A stretch of 63,413 bases of DNA, filler included, from Folioceros fuciformis (Eukaryota), in assembly GCA_049999805.1 (NCBI GenBank). It is 6 parts of 5 records of this genome, joined end to end, with 100 filler letters (N's around TTAATTAATTAA, not from the genome) between each part and the next. Parts side by side here need not be neighbours in the genome. Positions count along the whole stretch, not along the records: positions 57,355 to 62,087 come from JBNGIO010006087.1; positions 62,188 to 63,413 come from JBNGIO010006190.1; 4 more parts are not named here. One strand, given 5' to 3'. Below, piece after piece: positions 61,301 to 63,413 of the stretch. Numbering within the stretch: the stretch's first letter is position 1; each line of letters begins with the position of its first letter. Position numbers and translations under genes: made by a program. A model generated the notes under the pieces. The model searched no databases and was not told where the DNA came from. It saw nothing but the letters and a program-made list of their open reading frames with translations.

Positions 61301-61556
61301 CGAGGCATGGTTGCAGGCCCAAAAGGATCAGCATCTAGAATTAGGCTCTGATACCATGTGACGGAGTCTCAAACATCCACATTAAGAGGAATGTCTAGGA
61401 TACAAGAGACTTTGGGGTGACACACAAGTGGGTGTGCAAAATACTCAACTAACTCAATAAACACAAAAATGTGACATATGTACATTTAGGGTATGTGCCC
61501 TAATGAAAGTAGCTTTAACTTTATCTATTTAACCCTAAGAGGTTATTTATCTAACA
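58312..61556 (-). mobile_element. 5' half of Copia element E3: 200-bp LTR (61556-61357), PBS (61356-61345), ORF0 (61308-60721), decayed gag-PR-IN from 60428
   Basis: TGTTAG...CACA + TGGTATCAGAGC. gag IPTFTGDLKEKDRFNGTRYDIWKIRMKS is closely similar to E1. The integrase breaks off at about 58312. Confidence 0.9.
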
Positions 61557-62187
61557 CATCTAATCATCAGTCCTATTGTCCAACTCTTACTTTTAAGTGA
61601 ACAAGTTATGTTTTGATGAGGGACAACATTAACGGGTACTCATCTCATAAGCCATTTAGCAAATTCCTTCTTGCCAATAGCCATAGTCGGGCATCAAAAA
61701 ATGAAGTTTACAAGTAAAATCATACATGCATGCACTCTTCATCTGGCTCAATCATCACATGATACCTAACCAAAATCCAAAGGATATTGTCTTTTTCCAT
61801 GATCTGCGTGTACTCCACTCAAAACCCCAAATAAGGGTATGATCAACACACAAAGTTCTCTGCATGTGCTCCTCAACTACCTATTATCACGCTGCTCTTT
61901 ATATCCAACAACTCTAGTGATGGGTATGGGAGTTGCATCCCTACGGGGATGGTACACTGGCACTACATGGTTTGCTTTATGGCCCAACATGGCACTATAA
62001 GTGTATTCCATTCAAACGCCGGTGTCATTGGAGTGTACGAGTTCTTCTTCATCAATATCATGAAATTGTTCGGCTGGTGCTCGTGTTNNNNNNNNNNNNN
62101 NNNNNNNNNNNNNNNNNNNNNNNNNNNNNNNTTAATTAATTAANNNNNNNNNNNNNNNNNNNNNNNNNNNNNNNNNNNNNNNNNNNN

Positions 62188-63413
62188 AATATGCTTTGTC
62201 CTTGCATGATGCACTGGATTCTTGATCAAGGCCATACTTCCTTGACTATCGCTCCTAAGAGTGGTCGGATGCAATTGTTCATAACCAATCTCCTCCATGA
62301 GCTTTCTCAACCATACGGCCTCCTTGGTGGCTTGTGTGGATGCCATGTACTCAGCTTCAACTGTCGATATGGCCACCGTGGGTTGCTTCTTACTATTCCA
62401 GGTAATGGCACCTCCTCCTAAAATAAAAGTATATCCTGTAGTTGATCTTCTATCATCAAGATCACTTCCCCAATCCGAGTCACAATACCCAATAATATTA
62501 TGGCATTTGATTCCACCCGAGAATTCCAACCACATATCACTTGTACCTCTCAAGTATCGCATGATCCTTTTCACCGCAATCCAATGTTGCTTTCCAGGGC
62601 TTTGCATAAATTGGCTCACTACTCCCACTGCCTTTGCAATGTCTGGACGTGTTCCTACCATGGCATACATCAAACTTCCAACTGCTGCCCTATATGGGAT
62701 GTTACTCATCTCATGCTCCTCCCCATCATTTGATGAGTAGTCAACCTTACACAACTTCACACCTAAGTCTTGAGGGGTCCCAATAGGCTTGCAATCCATC
62801 ATTCCAAATCGCTCCAATAATCCCTCAACATACCCTTGCTGACCAAGCCTGATGATACGTGCTGCCCTATCTCTCCGCACTTCAATTCCAAGACAATAGT
62901 TGATGTTCCCTAAGTCCTTCATTTCAAACTTCTTTGACAACATCTCCTTCACTTTATCAATACTGCTTAAAGATGGACTCAACAAGATAAGATCATCCAC
63001 ATATATGGCTAAGATTACCTTACTTTGGGAGACCTCAAAAATGTAGATGCTCTCATCTGATGTGCATTGCCGAAAACCCTGCTCCAAAAGATATGAGTTA
63101 ATCTTTTGATACCAAGCTCTTGGAGCCTGCTTCAATCCATAAAGAGCTTTCTTCAATTTGCAAACCATGTTCTCCTTGCCCATAACTACATAGCCTTGGG
63201 GTTGCTCCATGTAAATGTCTTCCTCCAAGTCCCCATTTAGAAATGCTGTTTTCACATCCATTTGATGAATCTCCAAATCATACATTGCTCCCACTGCAAG
63301 TAAGGTTCTGATGGATGCAAACTTGGCAACTGGTGCAAATGTCTCATTGTAGTCAATGCCCTCCTCTTGGGAGTATCCCTTCACCACCAACCTAGCCTTG
63401 AATCTATCAATTT
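62188..63413 (-). mobile_element. Copia RT-RNase H fragment, open frame, truncated by the gap and the window end
   Basis: ETFAPVAK, QMDVKTAFLNG, LYGLKQAPRAW, YVDD, GYCDSDW, EAEY, HARTKHI. Confidence 0.97.

Overview
Nuclear DNA from a land plant with a compact genome and short introns. A seed-free plant such as a hornwort is an inference from a TANGLED1 homologue, a long PLS-class PPR and a 3-SapB prosaposin. The window is six unrelated scaffolds joined by artificial 100-nt N/TTAATTAATTAA/N linkers (15956-16055, 39874-39973, 50477-50576, 57255-57354, 62088-62187), so adjacency across these is meaningless. Scaffold 1 (1-15955) holds a 3-exon F-box gene, a decayed paralogue of it, Harbinger- and Copia-like relics, tandem repeats and an intronless RPS16 copy. 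Scaffold 2 (16056-39873) is a gene-dense housekeeping block: AAPT, TAN1-like, prosaposin, PPR-E+, organellar uL18, VMA21, OST5/TMEM258 and CYP59. Scaffolds 3-6 are nested LTR retrotransposons. The most unusual signal is a short-LTR Ty1/Copia lineage with an extra ~190-codon sense ORF (ORF0) between the PBS and gag. ORF0 starts MPRR in three independent copies. In the two copies where gag and its leader are both visible, an identical splice-acceptor-like CTTCCGTAG sits just before the gag ATG. A 4.7-kb scaffold whose first and last 47 nt are identical (circular or tandem signature) is also notable.
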